IMG/VR virus record: IMGVR_UViG_3300020408_000005
Coordinates: 6,502-70,501 of that record
Direction: 5' to 3' (one strand)
Source: a virus
Lineage: Duplodnaviria > Caudoviricetes
DNA: 64,000 bases
This document shows positions 1 through 7,677 of the stretch, in pieces (the stretch's first letter is position 1; each line of letters begins with the position of its first letter). The position numbers were made by a program, and so were the translations under genes. Below the pieces are notes generated by a model. It was not told the DNA's origin. It ran no database searches and saw only the letters and a list, made by a program, of their open reading frames with translations.

Positions 1-1
1 C

Positions 2-514
2 TCTCTTTGCGTGCCTTACAGCGTCACAAAATACTATCAAATATTTTTGTACTACTGAATAAAAATCATCTCTCGCTTTTTGATCTTTTAATCTAGCAAA
101 TTTACAATGCTGCGAGAAAACATCCTCTGCCCATATAGGTAAAGGTCTCTTGTCTTTAAATTTAAACTTCTCACTTATTACTGATAGTTTAGAATTGAGA
201 TCCACTCCGTGTACAGGAGACACATCGACAATAGCAGCAGTAATAGTTGAAGGCGTTTGGATAATGTCACAACCAAAAATAGGTAAACGATATTCTGGAT
301 CTGGATAAAGAACACAATGTATAATTTCTATTTTGTCTGTGTTTGCTCTTTCAATATGGAGTTTTCTAAGTCCTTTGCATTTCCACATCTCATTGCGTAT
401 AGTCACTTTTTCGTGTTCTATGACACTATGATCTGACTCAATAACTGTGAGGTCAGGCAAGTCACTAATATTCCTGCGGATAAGATCCGCTAACTCATCA
501 CAAAGATTTGTCAC
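2..514 (-). CDS. pcyA: Phycocyanobilin:ferredoxin oxidoreductase, 3'-truncated by the window edge (not in ORF track)
   Basis: Manual translation from GTG at 514 gives MTNLCDELADLIRR...RNEMWKCKGLRKLHIERANTDKIEIIHCVLYPDPEYRLPIFGCDIIQ...AAIVDVSPV...RPLPIWAEDVFSQHCKFARL. It matches the ferredoxin-dependent bilin reductase motifs with the PcyA-type H-x-E, His (HCV) and Asp (FGCD) residues. Confidence 0.9.
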   Translation of the reverse strand, partial: MTNLCDELADLIRRNISDLPDLTVIESDHSVIEHEKVTIRNEMWKCKGLRKLHIERANTDKIEIIHCVLYPDPEYRLPIFGCDIIQTPSTITAAIVDVSPVHGVDLNSKLSVISEKFKFKDKRPLPIWAEDVFSQHCKFARLKDQKARDDFYSVVQKYLIVFCDAVRHAKR

Positions 515-516
515 AA

Positions 517-978
517 TTATTCTGCAAGTGTACCACGTGATCTACGAAGTTGTCGTAGTTCTTCAAAGTCTTTTTGTTTCGTACCTCCATCATAGGGCCA
601 AGCATACCCTTCACCAATCATCTCTTCGTTGAGAGATACATTCCCATCACCAACATATAACCACCCAAGCAAACGACCATACTTACCAACCCCGCCTTTG
701 AGTTCAGTTCGTATAGTAAGTTCAGACTCTCCATCAATAGCACTCTCCAATTTTTCTTTTAACCAGTTAGTAGCATCTATGCCCAATGCTTTTTCTTCTA
801 AATCACGGGTGCGTTTCTCAGGAGTATCAACACCTGCAACACGAACTCGTTCTTTCTTGTATAGATCAAAACCTAGATCAATAGTAACATCAATAGTGTC
901 ACCATCAACTACTCGGTTTATTTCCGTCACTCGGAAGTTGTAGCAACTCTTCCTGCTTGGTGGAACCATTGCTCCCAT
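517..978 (-). CDS. Staphylococcal nuclease (thermonuclease)-like endonuclease
   Basis: RVVDGDTIDV, RVRVAGVDTPE, GKYGRLLG and LNEEMIGEGYA are SNase family motifs. Confidence 0.88.
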   Translation of the reverse strand: MGAMVPPSRKSCYNFRVTEINRVVDGDTIDVTIDLGFDLYKKERVRVAGVDTPEKRTRDLEEKALGIDATNWLKEKLESAIDGESELTIRTELKGGVGKYGRLLGWLYVGDGNVSLNEEMIGEGYAWPYDGGTKQKDFEELRQLRRSRGTLAE

Positions 979-1078
979 CGTTCATCTCCATAAATGCCAT
1001 CCTTAGTATATAGACGATATACCAAGTAACTATTACAACAAGTATTCCTACCATCCAGATAACACCCCAAACAACCAT
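905..1078 (-). CDS. Small single-pass membrane protein, 57 aa (not in ORF track)
   Basis: ATG is coupled to the upstream stop (TAATG at 1080-1076); MVVWGVIWMVGILVVIVTWYIVYILRMAF is a hydrophobic helix; the 3' end overlaps the nuclease gene. Confidence 0.5.
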   Translation of the reverse strand: MVVWGVIWMVGILVVIVTWYIVYILRMAFMEMNDGSNGSTKQEELLQLPSDGNKPSS

Positions 1079-1695
1079 TAGTTCTTATTGTGTACTATTG
1101 TATGGTTTCCATACCACTGTCCGTGTAATGGAAAGTCTCCTGTTTTATTTACCTTCACATTAAATCCTATTGAATATTTTTGATCTCTTGAATAGTTCTG
1201 TGTAGTAGAATGTTCCAACCAAGATGGAAATAATATCAAAGTATCAGGAAATGTTTCTACTGCCATCTCTTGATAAGTAGCAAAACAACTCATTCTTGCT
1301 TGTACAAGTGGACTATGAAAATTAATTAATCCTTGTTCTGGACTTGTCTTATGATAATAACATCCTGACAACTCAAATCCTGGGTGCATATGTTGATTCT
1401 GATTAGCACCTGTTGGGTATATATTTAACCAAGACTCAGGTATATTCCAATTATCGTGACCGACATATTTAATAACACACTCTGCAATATATGATTCTAA
1501 ATTTGGCATTTCATATGCACGAAAAAAATCCCTCCAATGATCTTGCTTGGAAGGATCATCACCGAAGTGAAGAATTAATTGTTCTTTCTCTTGTACATCA
1601 CTAATAACTTTTTCAAGTTCATCCCTTATCTCAGAGTCATCGTGTCTGAATCTTAGAACTGTGGATGGAAATAAATCAATAACGTCAGGTTGCAT
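1078..1695 (-). CDS. 2OG-Fe(II) oxygenase, TIGR02466-like
   Basis: SWLNIY...QHMHP...LSGCYY...LILFPSWLEHS...KYSIGFN, with HxH...H iron ligands. Confidence 0.85.
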   Translation of the reverse strand: MQPDVIDLFPSTVLRFRHDDSEIRDELEKVISDVQEKEQLILHFGDDPSKQDHWRDFFRAYEMPNLESYIAECVIKYVGHDNWNIPESWLNIYPTGANQNQHMHPGFELSGCYYHKTSPEQGLINFHSPLVQARMSCFATYQEMAVETFPDTLILFPSWLEHSTTQNYSRDQKYSIGFNVKVNKTGDFPLHGQWYGNHTIVHNKN

Positions 1696-1717
1696 AATAA
1701 AGTTTCTGTTACACTAT

Positions 1718-3811
1718 CTAGGAACTACGACAGTTCCATTTTTTAAGTGCTAATGCTTTACGAGTTGGTCTACCTTTCTCATCTTTCATAGGTCCTCTCA
1801 TTCCACCCATTCTTTTGCAAAAATTGTTTTGCCTTTTATCTGCCTTACTACCTGGTTTTGGACTACCTGTTACAGGTGCTTTAAGATCTGAACCAGGATT
1901 CTCACGTTCGTAAGACTTTCTTCCTTTTTCATTTAACCCACCACTAGGATTTTTTCCTTCTTTACGTTGCCACGCAGATTCTTTAAAACTTTTTAAACCA
2001 CTTTTAAGGTTACTTGCTTTACCTGTTTTTACGTGACCATACTTAGCAAGATCTTTATGTAGGTCTCTATACTGTGCTTTACTATCACCAGATCTTTTGT
2101 TTGACTGATCCATTCTTTTGTTTTTACCTACAGTTTGGTATCCTTTACCAACACCTGCATATTTTTTTTGATAGAACTCTTCTTTTACCTTAATTTTTCT
2201 AGGGTATGCTGATTTATTTGAATCTTGTCTCATTGCATCAGAATCATATCTTGAAACATAGTCAATTCTATCACTAATTTTTTTTCCTAGTTTTTTCTCT
2301 GCTCTTTTTATTCCTTTATCTCTCGCTTTCTGATACTTACCCATCTTGCCACCGTGAACATAATTTTTATCAAACTTTGCGTGGTAGAGATAGTTTGCAG
2401 TAGTGTTCTTACTTAATTCATCAATCTGTTCTACTTCTTCTTTATATGACTGCACTCTAGTTTTACCAAGAATGTATTTTGGATCATTCTTCATTGCTTT
2501 CTGTGCATCTGCCTCATCATTTTTATTTACATTTATAATTGTCTTTCCACCTTTTTTAGTTTTAGTATGTGCTATATTACCCATTTCTTCTTTTACTTCT
2601 TTTTTCTTCTTAGTTTTCTTAGCAAACGCTGCCATAGGACCTGATGGTTTACCAGTTCCCTTGTAGATACCATAAGAAGTTCCTTCTGACTTCATACTTT
2701 TTATATGTTTTCTGATCTTGTCTGCTTGACTCTTATGTTTAGTTACAGCACTATCCAGTTCCTTTGCAACCGTTTTGAGTTCTTTCTCTTCTTTCTTCAT
2801 CGATGCTTTTGCTGCCTTGATTCTATCAAGAAATGCTTGTCCACCTTTCTCTTTCTTGATCTCATCATCAGTCCTTGCTCTACCCATACTATTATTCTTA
2901 GCGTATAACTTACTCTGCATATCATTAGTGCTAGTAAGTCTACCTCTACCATAACTCTCTTTATACAAATCAATTAATTCATTTCTTGCTTCTCTTTTAC
3001 TAGGTCTACGATACCTACCAACTTCTGTAACTCTACCATCTTTACCATAGTGCCTTCCCTTTGTTCTATTGACGTGATCTGTCATTGCAGTATCTACCTC
3101 TTTAGTGCTTCTAGCATACTGAGTAGACTTATCTTTTAAATTAACTTTTTCTTCTACCTTTTTTGGACCGTATGTGATGCAAGGGTTTTTACCACAACCA
3201 CAATTTTTCTTAGAATCTGGTTTTACTAACTCAACTTCTTCATTTTTCTTACCCACATCCATTATCGCACCTTTACCATACTTATCAGTTATTCTTTTCT
3301 TAACCATCTCAAGTGCTCTAACACTATTCTTTTGCTGCCTTAACATACGTGCTTTTCTTTGAGCATCAGTCTCAGTATTTTTTGTATGGTTAGCAGTGGT
3401 TGCATCAGATTTTTTAGGTGAACTAGGATCACCACCTGCCATTGCAATACTATCTTTCCAATGATCATATCCTTCTTCTGGAATATAACCTTCACTGTTT
3501 ATTCCAAGAACTGCCTTTAATTTTTTACCTGCTGAATATGGATTTTCTTTTGCCTTTCTTTTTCTTGTTTCTGCTTTTATTGATGACATCTTCAAAGCAT
3601 TAGAAAGTTTAGCACGCTTACTGTTGTACTTTGGTTTACCTCTAAACGTTGAATCAATCGCACGAGCAACTCTCAATCTCTTACTAACTGTAGGATCACC
3701 ATATTCTTTTATGATCTCTTCTTTAGTAACTTTAGATTTTTTCTTTTTATCCTCACTATGATCGCAACCACAAGATTCAGAATAGTTTTGAAATGATTGA
3801 AGATTAGTCAT
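1718..3811 (-). CDS. Lys-rich modular protein, probable internal head protein; C-terminal DUF6321-like module
   Basis: 697-aa ORF of basic segments punctuated by x-x-E(E/S/G) sites; C-terminus AWQRKEGKNPSGGLNEKGRKSY...FCKRMGG...ALKKWNC. Confidence 0.65.
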   Translation of the reverse strand: MTNLQSFQNYSESCGCDHSEDKKKKSKVTKEEIIKEYGDPTVSKRLRVARAIDSTFRGKPKYNSKRAKLSNALKMSSIKAETRKRKAKENPYSAGKKLKAVLGINSEGYIPEEGYDHWKDSIAMAGGDPSSPKKSDATTANHTKNTETDAQRKARMLRQQKNSVRALEMVKKRITDKYGKGAIMDVGKKNEEVELVKPDSKKNCGCGKNPCITYGPKKVEEKVNLKDKSTQYARSTKEVDTAMTDHVNRTKGRHYGKDGRVTEVGRYRRPSKREARNELIDLYKESYGRGRLTSTNDMQSKLYAKNNSMGRARTDDEIKKEKGGQAFLDRIKAAKASMKKEEKELKTVAKELDSAVTKHKSQADKIRKHIKSMKSEGTSYGIYKGTGKPSGPMAAFAKKTKKKKEVKEEMGNIAHTKTKKGGKTIINVNKNDEADAQKAMKNDPKYILGKTRVQSYKEEVEQIDELSKNTTANYLYHAKFDKNYVHGGKMGKYQKARDKGIKRAEKKLGKKISDRIDYVSRYDSDAMRQDSNKSAYPRKIKVKEEFYQKKYAGVGKGYQTVGKNKRMDQSNKRSGDSKAQYRDLHKDLAKYGHVKTGKASNLKSGLKSFKESAWQRKEGKNPSGGLNEKGRKSYERENPGSDLKAPVTGSPKPGSKADKRQNNFCKRMGGMRGPMKDEKGRPTRKALALKKWNCRSS

Positions 3812-3954
3812 TATGCTACTTTATTATTAGATGGGTTTCTAGGACAATTTTTTTCGTGTTTTTCAATCCACGTCTTAGGTCTCCAATGTCCTTGAGGAGA
3901 CTTTAATCCACAATATGCACATACCCACTGACCATTAATATCTTGTATCGCCAC
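3811..3954 (-). CDS. 47-aa CxxC...HxxxC zinc-finger-like protein (not in ORF track)
   Basis: GTG at 3954; MAIQDINGQWVCAYCGLKSPQGHWRPKTWIEKHEKNCPRNPSNNKVA; stop coupled to the next ATG (TAATG). Confidence 0.65.
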   Translation of the reverse strand: MAIQDINGQWVCAYCGLKSPQGHWRPKTWIEKHEKNCPRNPSNNKVA

Positions 3955-3957
3955 GGA

Positions 3958-4509
3958 TCAACCTCCAACAACTTGTACTTGTTCTACAACTACGTCCGCA
4001 GAACCTGCTGTTAACTTAACGGTTCTTTGTAACATAGGAACGGTGTTGGCAATTACATCAGCATCACTAATTGAATATGCAGAACCTGCACCTGACGCAT
4101 CAATGTCTGTAGTAATTGTTATGTCAGTGACTGCTGTTACTTTCTTACCTGCTGATGCAGCAGATTCAAAGTCTGATCCAAAACCATCTGTGTCACCACC
4201 ATCTATAGTCTGAACAAAATCTCCTACAGCAAAACTGTGACGACCACCTGCTCCTGTACCGTGTCCACCACCTGCAACAGTAAATACTGAACCGTTAGCA
4301 TTAGTTGCACCAGTAATACTAATATTTTTTGATTTACCTACTGAAAGCAAGACTGCTTCCCCTGCTGCAAGTGTAATAGCAGGACCGCTATCGAACTTTA
4401 TGGTTGATGCAGATGCAGCATATGCACGTACAACTCCACTTTTAACGACGATGTAAGCAGTACCTGAACCACTCACTGTCGTAGTATCTAAGACATTTAA
4501 TACAGACAT
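3958..4509 (-). CDS. Hypothetical, probable virion structural protein
   Basis: 183-aa Gly/Ala/Thr-rich beta-type ORF downstream of an ATAAATA late-promoter-like site. Confidence 0.6.
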   Translation of the reverse strand: MSVLNVLDTTTVSGSGTAYIVVKSGVVRAYAASASTIKFDSGPAITLAAGEAVLLSVGKSKNISITGATNANGSVFTVAGGGHGTGAGGRHSFAVGDFVQTIDGGDTDGFGSDFESAASAGKKVTAVTDITITTDIDASGAGSAYSISDADVIANTVPMLQRTVKLTAGSADVVVEQVQVVGG

Positions 4510-4536
4510 CGACTTTTTGACACAAGATTGTTTTTA

Positions 4537-4998
4537 CTATTTATCCTCTTTCTGTTTCTGTTTGAGGAATTTCGCAAGATCAGCAGTGCTACCAACAAAC
4601 ATTGTGTTGTTAGTAACGTTACCTGTTACAGCACCTTTTGGACCTTCTTCTAATTCTTGCATTTTTTTCTGAAGGTCAATTAGTTTATCCGTGGCATCTG
4701 CCACGTTCTTAATAAGATTACCTGCTACCTCATAGGCACGTGGTGAATCTGTTTGTTGTGATAGTTCTAGGATTCCGTCTACCGCTTCCTGTCCCTTGTC
4801 AATTAACGAATACAAATTGCCACGAGTATATTCGTAGTCTTTTTTAATTGCTTCGTTTTGTTTTACAGGTGTATCTTCTACTCTCTGTAATGTAGGTTTC
4901 TCATCTTTAACGATGGATGTCTCTACATCAAGAGCGTCTTCAATACCGTCGAATTTACTCGTCGTTTCCTGTGACTGGGTTTCTTGATTTTCCATCAT
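4537..4998 (-). CDS. gp16: Terminase small subunit gp16 (start uncertain)
   Basis: DYEYTRGNLYSLIDKGQEA...PRAYEVAGNLIKNVAD...NNTMFVGSTADL; directly follows gp15. Confidence 0.88.
   Translation of the reverse strand: MMENQETQSQETTSKFDGIEDALDVETSIVKDEKPTLQRVEDTPVKQNEAIKKDYEYTRGNLYSLIDKGQEAVDGILELSQQTDSPRAYEVAGNLIKNVADATDKLIDLQKKMQELEEGPKGAVTGNVTNNTMFVGSTADLAKFLKQKQKEDK
4538..4545 (-). promoter_or_regulatory. T4-type late promoter (GATAAATA)
   Basis: Near match to TATAAATA about 30 nt upstream of the ATG at 4509. Confidence 0.5.
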
Positions 4999-5752
4999 TG
5001 AATTCACTGAATAGTTCATTAAAACCAAAATCATCATCTGGATCAGAAGTGATTGGGTCTGGTTCGACCGTGTATCTCATTTCACGAGGTGCACTTGTTT
5101 TGCTATCAGGAGCAGTATCGACGATTGCCTTACGTATAAGATCTTTCTCACCGTCGAGAACAGGACCGTAGATATAAGTTTTGCAAGTGAAAGTTATTGT
5201 ATATATGAGAGTTCTTCTTGTTGTATAGTCACCTTCATAATCATCATCATAAGATATTGTATTTAAAACTACTGGAAAATCTTTTTTCTCCTGTAACTGA
5301 TCGTTCAGTTGTACAGAGATATTAAATGTGGGTTGGAAGTATGGAAGTATTTGTTCTAAGATTTGTAAACCGTCATCTTGATTCTTTGAAAGAATTGCTA
5401 ACTCAAAGTCAACGTTGTACGGTACTGGCATAAACGCTTTTTGTAGGTCAGTTCCAACAGCAGTCCTAACTCTCTGTGTTGGGGAGACCTTTCTTGTTGC
5501 GTCGTAATTGAAACCAGAAATCTCAAACGAAATCCTAGGAAGCGTAATTTGAGTCGCATCTTTCCTAGTTAAATCTCCTACTTGTTGGAGTCTTGCTAAA
5601 AACTTTTGTTTAGGTCCATATGCCAATGGCACCTTCATATACTCATATTCCGTAGCATTTTTTTTCCTACGAATTTCTATGTTATTAAACAATGTACCGA
5701 AGGCAATAACTGACTTTCGGAATATTTCATTGTATGTATATGTACCTAACAT
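4955..5752 (-). CDS. gp15: Tail terminator / proximal sheath stabiliser gp15
   Basis: YNEIFRKSVIAFGTLFNNI, KVPLAYGPKQKFLARL, LPRISFE, PVPYN, QILEQILPYFQP. Confidence 0.93.
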   Translation of the reverse strand: MLGTYTYNEIFRKSVIAFGTLFNNIEIRRKKNATEYEYMKVPLAYGPKQKFLARLQQVGDLTRKDATQITLPRISFEISGFNYDATRKVSPTQRVRTAVGTDLQKAFMPVPYNVDFELAILSKNQDDGLQILEQILPYFQPTFNISVQLNDQLQEKKDFPVVLNTISYDDDYEGDYTTRRTLIYTITFTCKTYIYGPVLDGEKDLIRKAIVDTAPDSKTSAPREMRYTVEPDPITSDPDDDFGFNELFSEFNDGKSRNPVTGNDE

Positions 5753-6618
5753 TAACTAGCACCTCCAATATCACCAAATGGGTTCCCTTCTGAGAAGTCA
5801 ATGATTCCATCAGCAAGGGTCTCAAACGAATCATTTGAATCGTATTCGCTTGATGTATTATTTAGTGTATTATATGATGCAGTTGTCCAAGCAGCACTTG
5901 ATGACTGCCCTGTTATAGTCTCTGGAACTGTAAATATTCCAGTTCTATTAAAGACTTGTAATTGTCTATTAGTAGAATCCCAAGACTTAACCTCTGCTGT
6001 AATATTAGAGGTTCCACCTGCCACCACTTCACCGACTGTAAAGTCTCCAGTGCCACCTGTGGCAAAGTTGATAGTGATGGATACTGAGAAGTCCTGTTCG
6101 ATTTGATCGATTGCAGTAACTCCTGTATCGAACTGCTCGTCGCTGAACTCGAAGAGTTCACACTTGAGACCCCATACGTGGATCTTACCTAACTGGTAGA
6201 AAGGTTGTTCGTGCTCAACGAACATAATTTTAAATATTTTATTTGCCATAGGGAAGTAAACCAAGTCTCCTTCGTTAGGTCTTCCTTCCACAATCAGTTG
6301 TGCATTGTCATCAACTGCTTCTGTAAATCTTTTTCTTGATATTATAAATGTAACTTGATCAGAAATCCTTACACCAAACTTAGTAAAGAGATCACCATCA
6401 CCAGTAAATCCAGTTGGATCTTCAATGTACGCTTCTATCTCATAGGCATCATCAAATTTAGACAAAGCATCTTCAGTAAATGTTGTATCTTCATTTACTA
6501 AAGTTCTAGGCAAATAGAAGACATTCTTTCCAAACATCTTTATCTGTTCTATAACAAGATTCTCTATAAGATCTTGTTCGCCAGTTGTACCTTGTGTAAA
6601 GTAGGAGTTAGTTGCCAT
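5752..6618 (-). CDS. gp14: Neck protein gp14
   Basis: EQIKMFGKNVFYLPR, FTKFG, RPNEGDLVYFP, VEHEQPFYQLGK, DFSEGNPFG. Confidence 0.93.
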   Translation of the reverse strand: MATNSYFTQGTTGEQDLIENLVIEQIKMFGKNVFYLPRTLVNEDTTFTEDALSKFDDAYEIEAYIEDPTGFTGDGDLFTKFGVRISDQVTFIISRKRFTEAVDDNAQLIVEGRPNEGDLVYFPMANKIFKIMFVEHEQPFYQLGKIHVWGLKCELFEFSDEQFDTGVTAIDQIEQDFSVSITINFATGGTGDFTVGEVVAGGTSNITAEVKSWDSTNRQLQVFNRTGIFTVPETITGQSSSAAWTTASYNTLNNTSSEYDSNDSFETLADGIIDFSEGNPFGDIGGAS

Positions 6619-7412
6619 TATCCAATCATATCCATTGGTGGAGTTTCGTATGTAGTACGAAGTTGTTCGTCTAACTGTTGAAGTTCCTCTACAGCATCGC
6701 TATAAATTTTCTCACCATTTAGAGTAACACCACCAGGGAGTTGAACGTTTTGGAACTTAGTTAAATTTGTTCCCCAATATTTTTTAATCATCGCAGTAGC
6801 ATAATCCTTGACCCACATCTCATTATAGATTTTTGTAAAATTAATTGGATCTAATGCACGAACACAATCAATAACAATATACTCACCCTCACGAACATCA
6901 GTGTTAGTATCAAAGTCGATATATAAACGACCAGATGTATGAGTAAATCTTGTAGGTTTCATTCCTTCCAATAAGAAATTAATTGTCTCAAGATGTGTCT
7001 GAATCATATAATAATGATAAAACTGTGTTGATGTAAAATCAAACAGATCATTCAATCTTAACTGATAACGAATGTCAAACATATTTGCAGTACCTTTGTC
7101 TTGGAAAGTAAAGATACCATTAACAGACGTTATAAAATCAGGTAAGGTTAAAAAATTATTTTGCGTCTTAAATTCTGTACTACCTACAGTCTCTGTAGTA
7201 TCTGCTTGAAAAGCATCTACTTCAGATTGAGTCATTTGATGCTTTAGGTAAACTTTTTCTGAACCACCGTAATGATAAATATGAAACTTCTCGATAGTAT
7301 AATCGATAGCATCATCTATTTGATCATCAGAAACGTTGACTTCTAATACAGGTTTACCTAATCTGCGAAGTGCGTATTCTTTTAGTGTTGCTTTAGAGGT
7401 TGGAGTTGCCAT
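6618..7412 (-). CDS. gp13: Neck protein gp13
   Basis: LKEYALRRLGKPVLEVNV, WVKDYATAMIK, WGTNLTKF, LPGGVTLNG. Confidence 0.93.
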   Translation of the reverse strand: MATPTSKATLKEYALRRLGKPVLEVNVSDDQIDDAIDYTIEKFHIYHYGGSEKVYLKHQMTQSEVDAFQADTTETVGSTEFKTQNNFLTLPDFITSVNGIFTFQDKGTANMFDIRYQLRLNDLFDFTSTQFYHYYMIQTHLETINFLLEGMKPTRFTHTSGRLYIDFDTNTDVREGEYIVIDCVRALDPINFTKIYNEMWVKDYATAMIKKYWGTNLTKFQNVQLPGGVTLNGEKIYSDAVEELQQLDEQLRTTYETPPMDMIG

Positions 7413-7413
7413 A

Positions 7414-7677
7414 TTAGTTTTTTTGTAACTTAACCATTACAGTCTCCTTTTGCATAGGAGCGACATCATTCAATCCATTAGCATCGAACCAAGGAGCATT
7501 CTCCCAGTCAAATCCTTCACCGAATGTATTGTCAGGTGCCATAACATACCAATGACATTTAGCGTCAGGTATATCCACAGCACAGACCGCCCAATCATCT
7601 GCCCACTGGGGCACTTGCACATACATCACTGGTAGGTGATTGGCAAATAAAGAAATAATAAAGGAGAATAAAATCAT
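7414..7677 (-). CDS. Hypothetical protein with hydrophobic N-terminus
   Basis: 87-aa ORF packed between the tail fibre gene and gp13. Confidence 0.6.
   Translation of the reverse strand: MILFSFIISLFANHLPVMYVQVPQWADDWAVCAVDIPDAKCHWYVMAPDNTFGEGFDWENAPWFDANGLNDVAPMQKETVMVKLQKN

Noticed and set aside
1078-1695. 2OG-Fe(II) oxygenases (also 55058-55594) as a novel system
   Set aside because: These are common multicopy accessory genes in cyanomyophages, and their context here is unremarkable.
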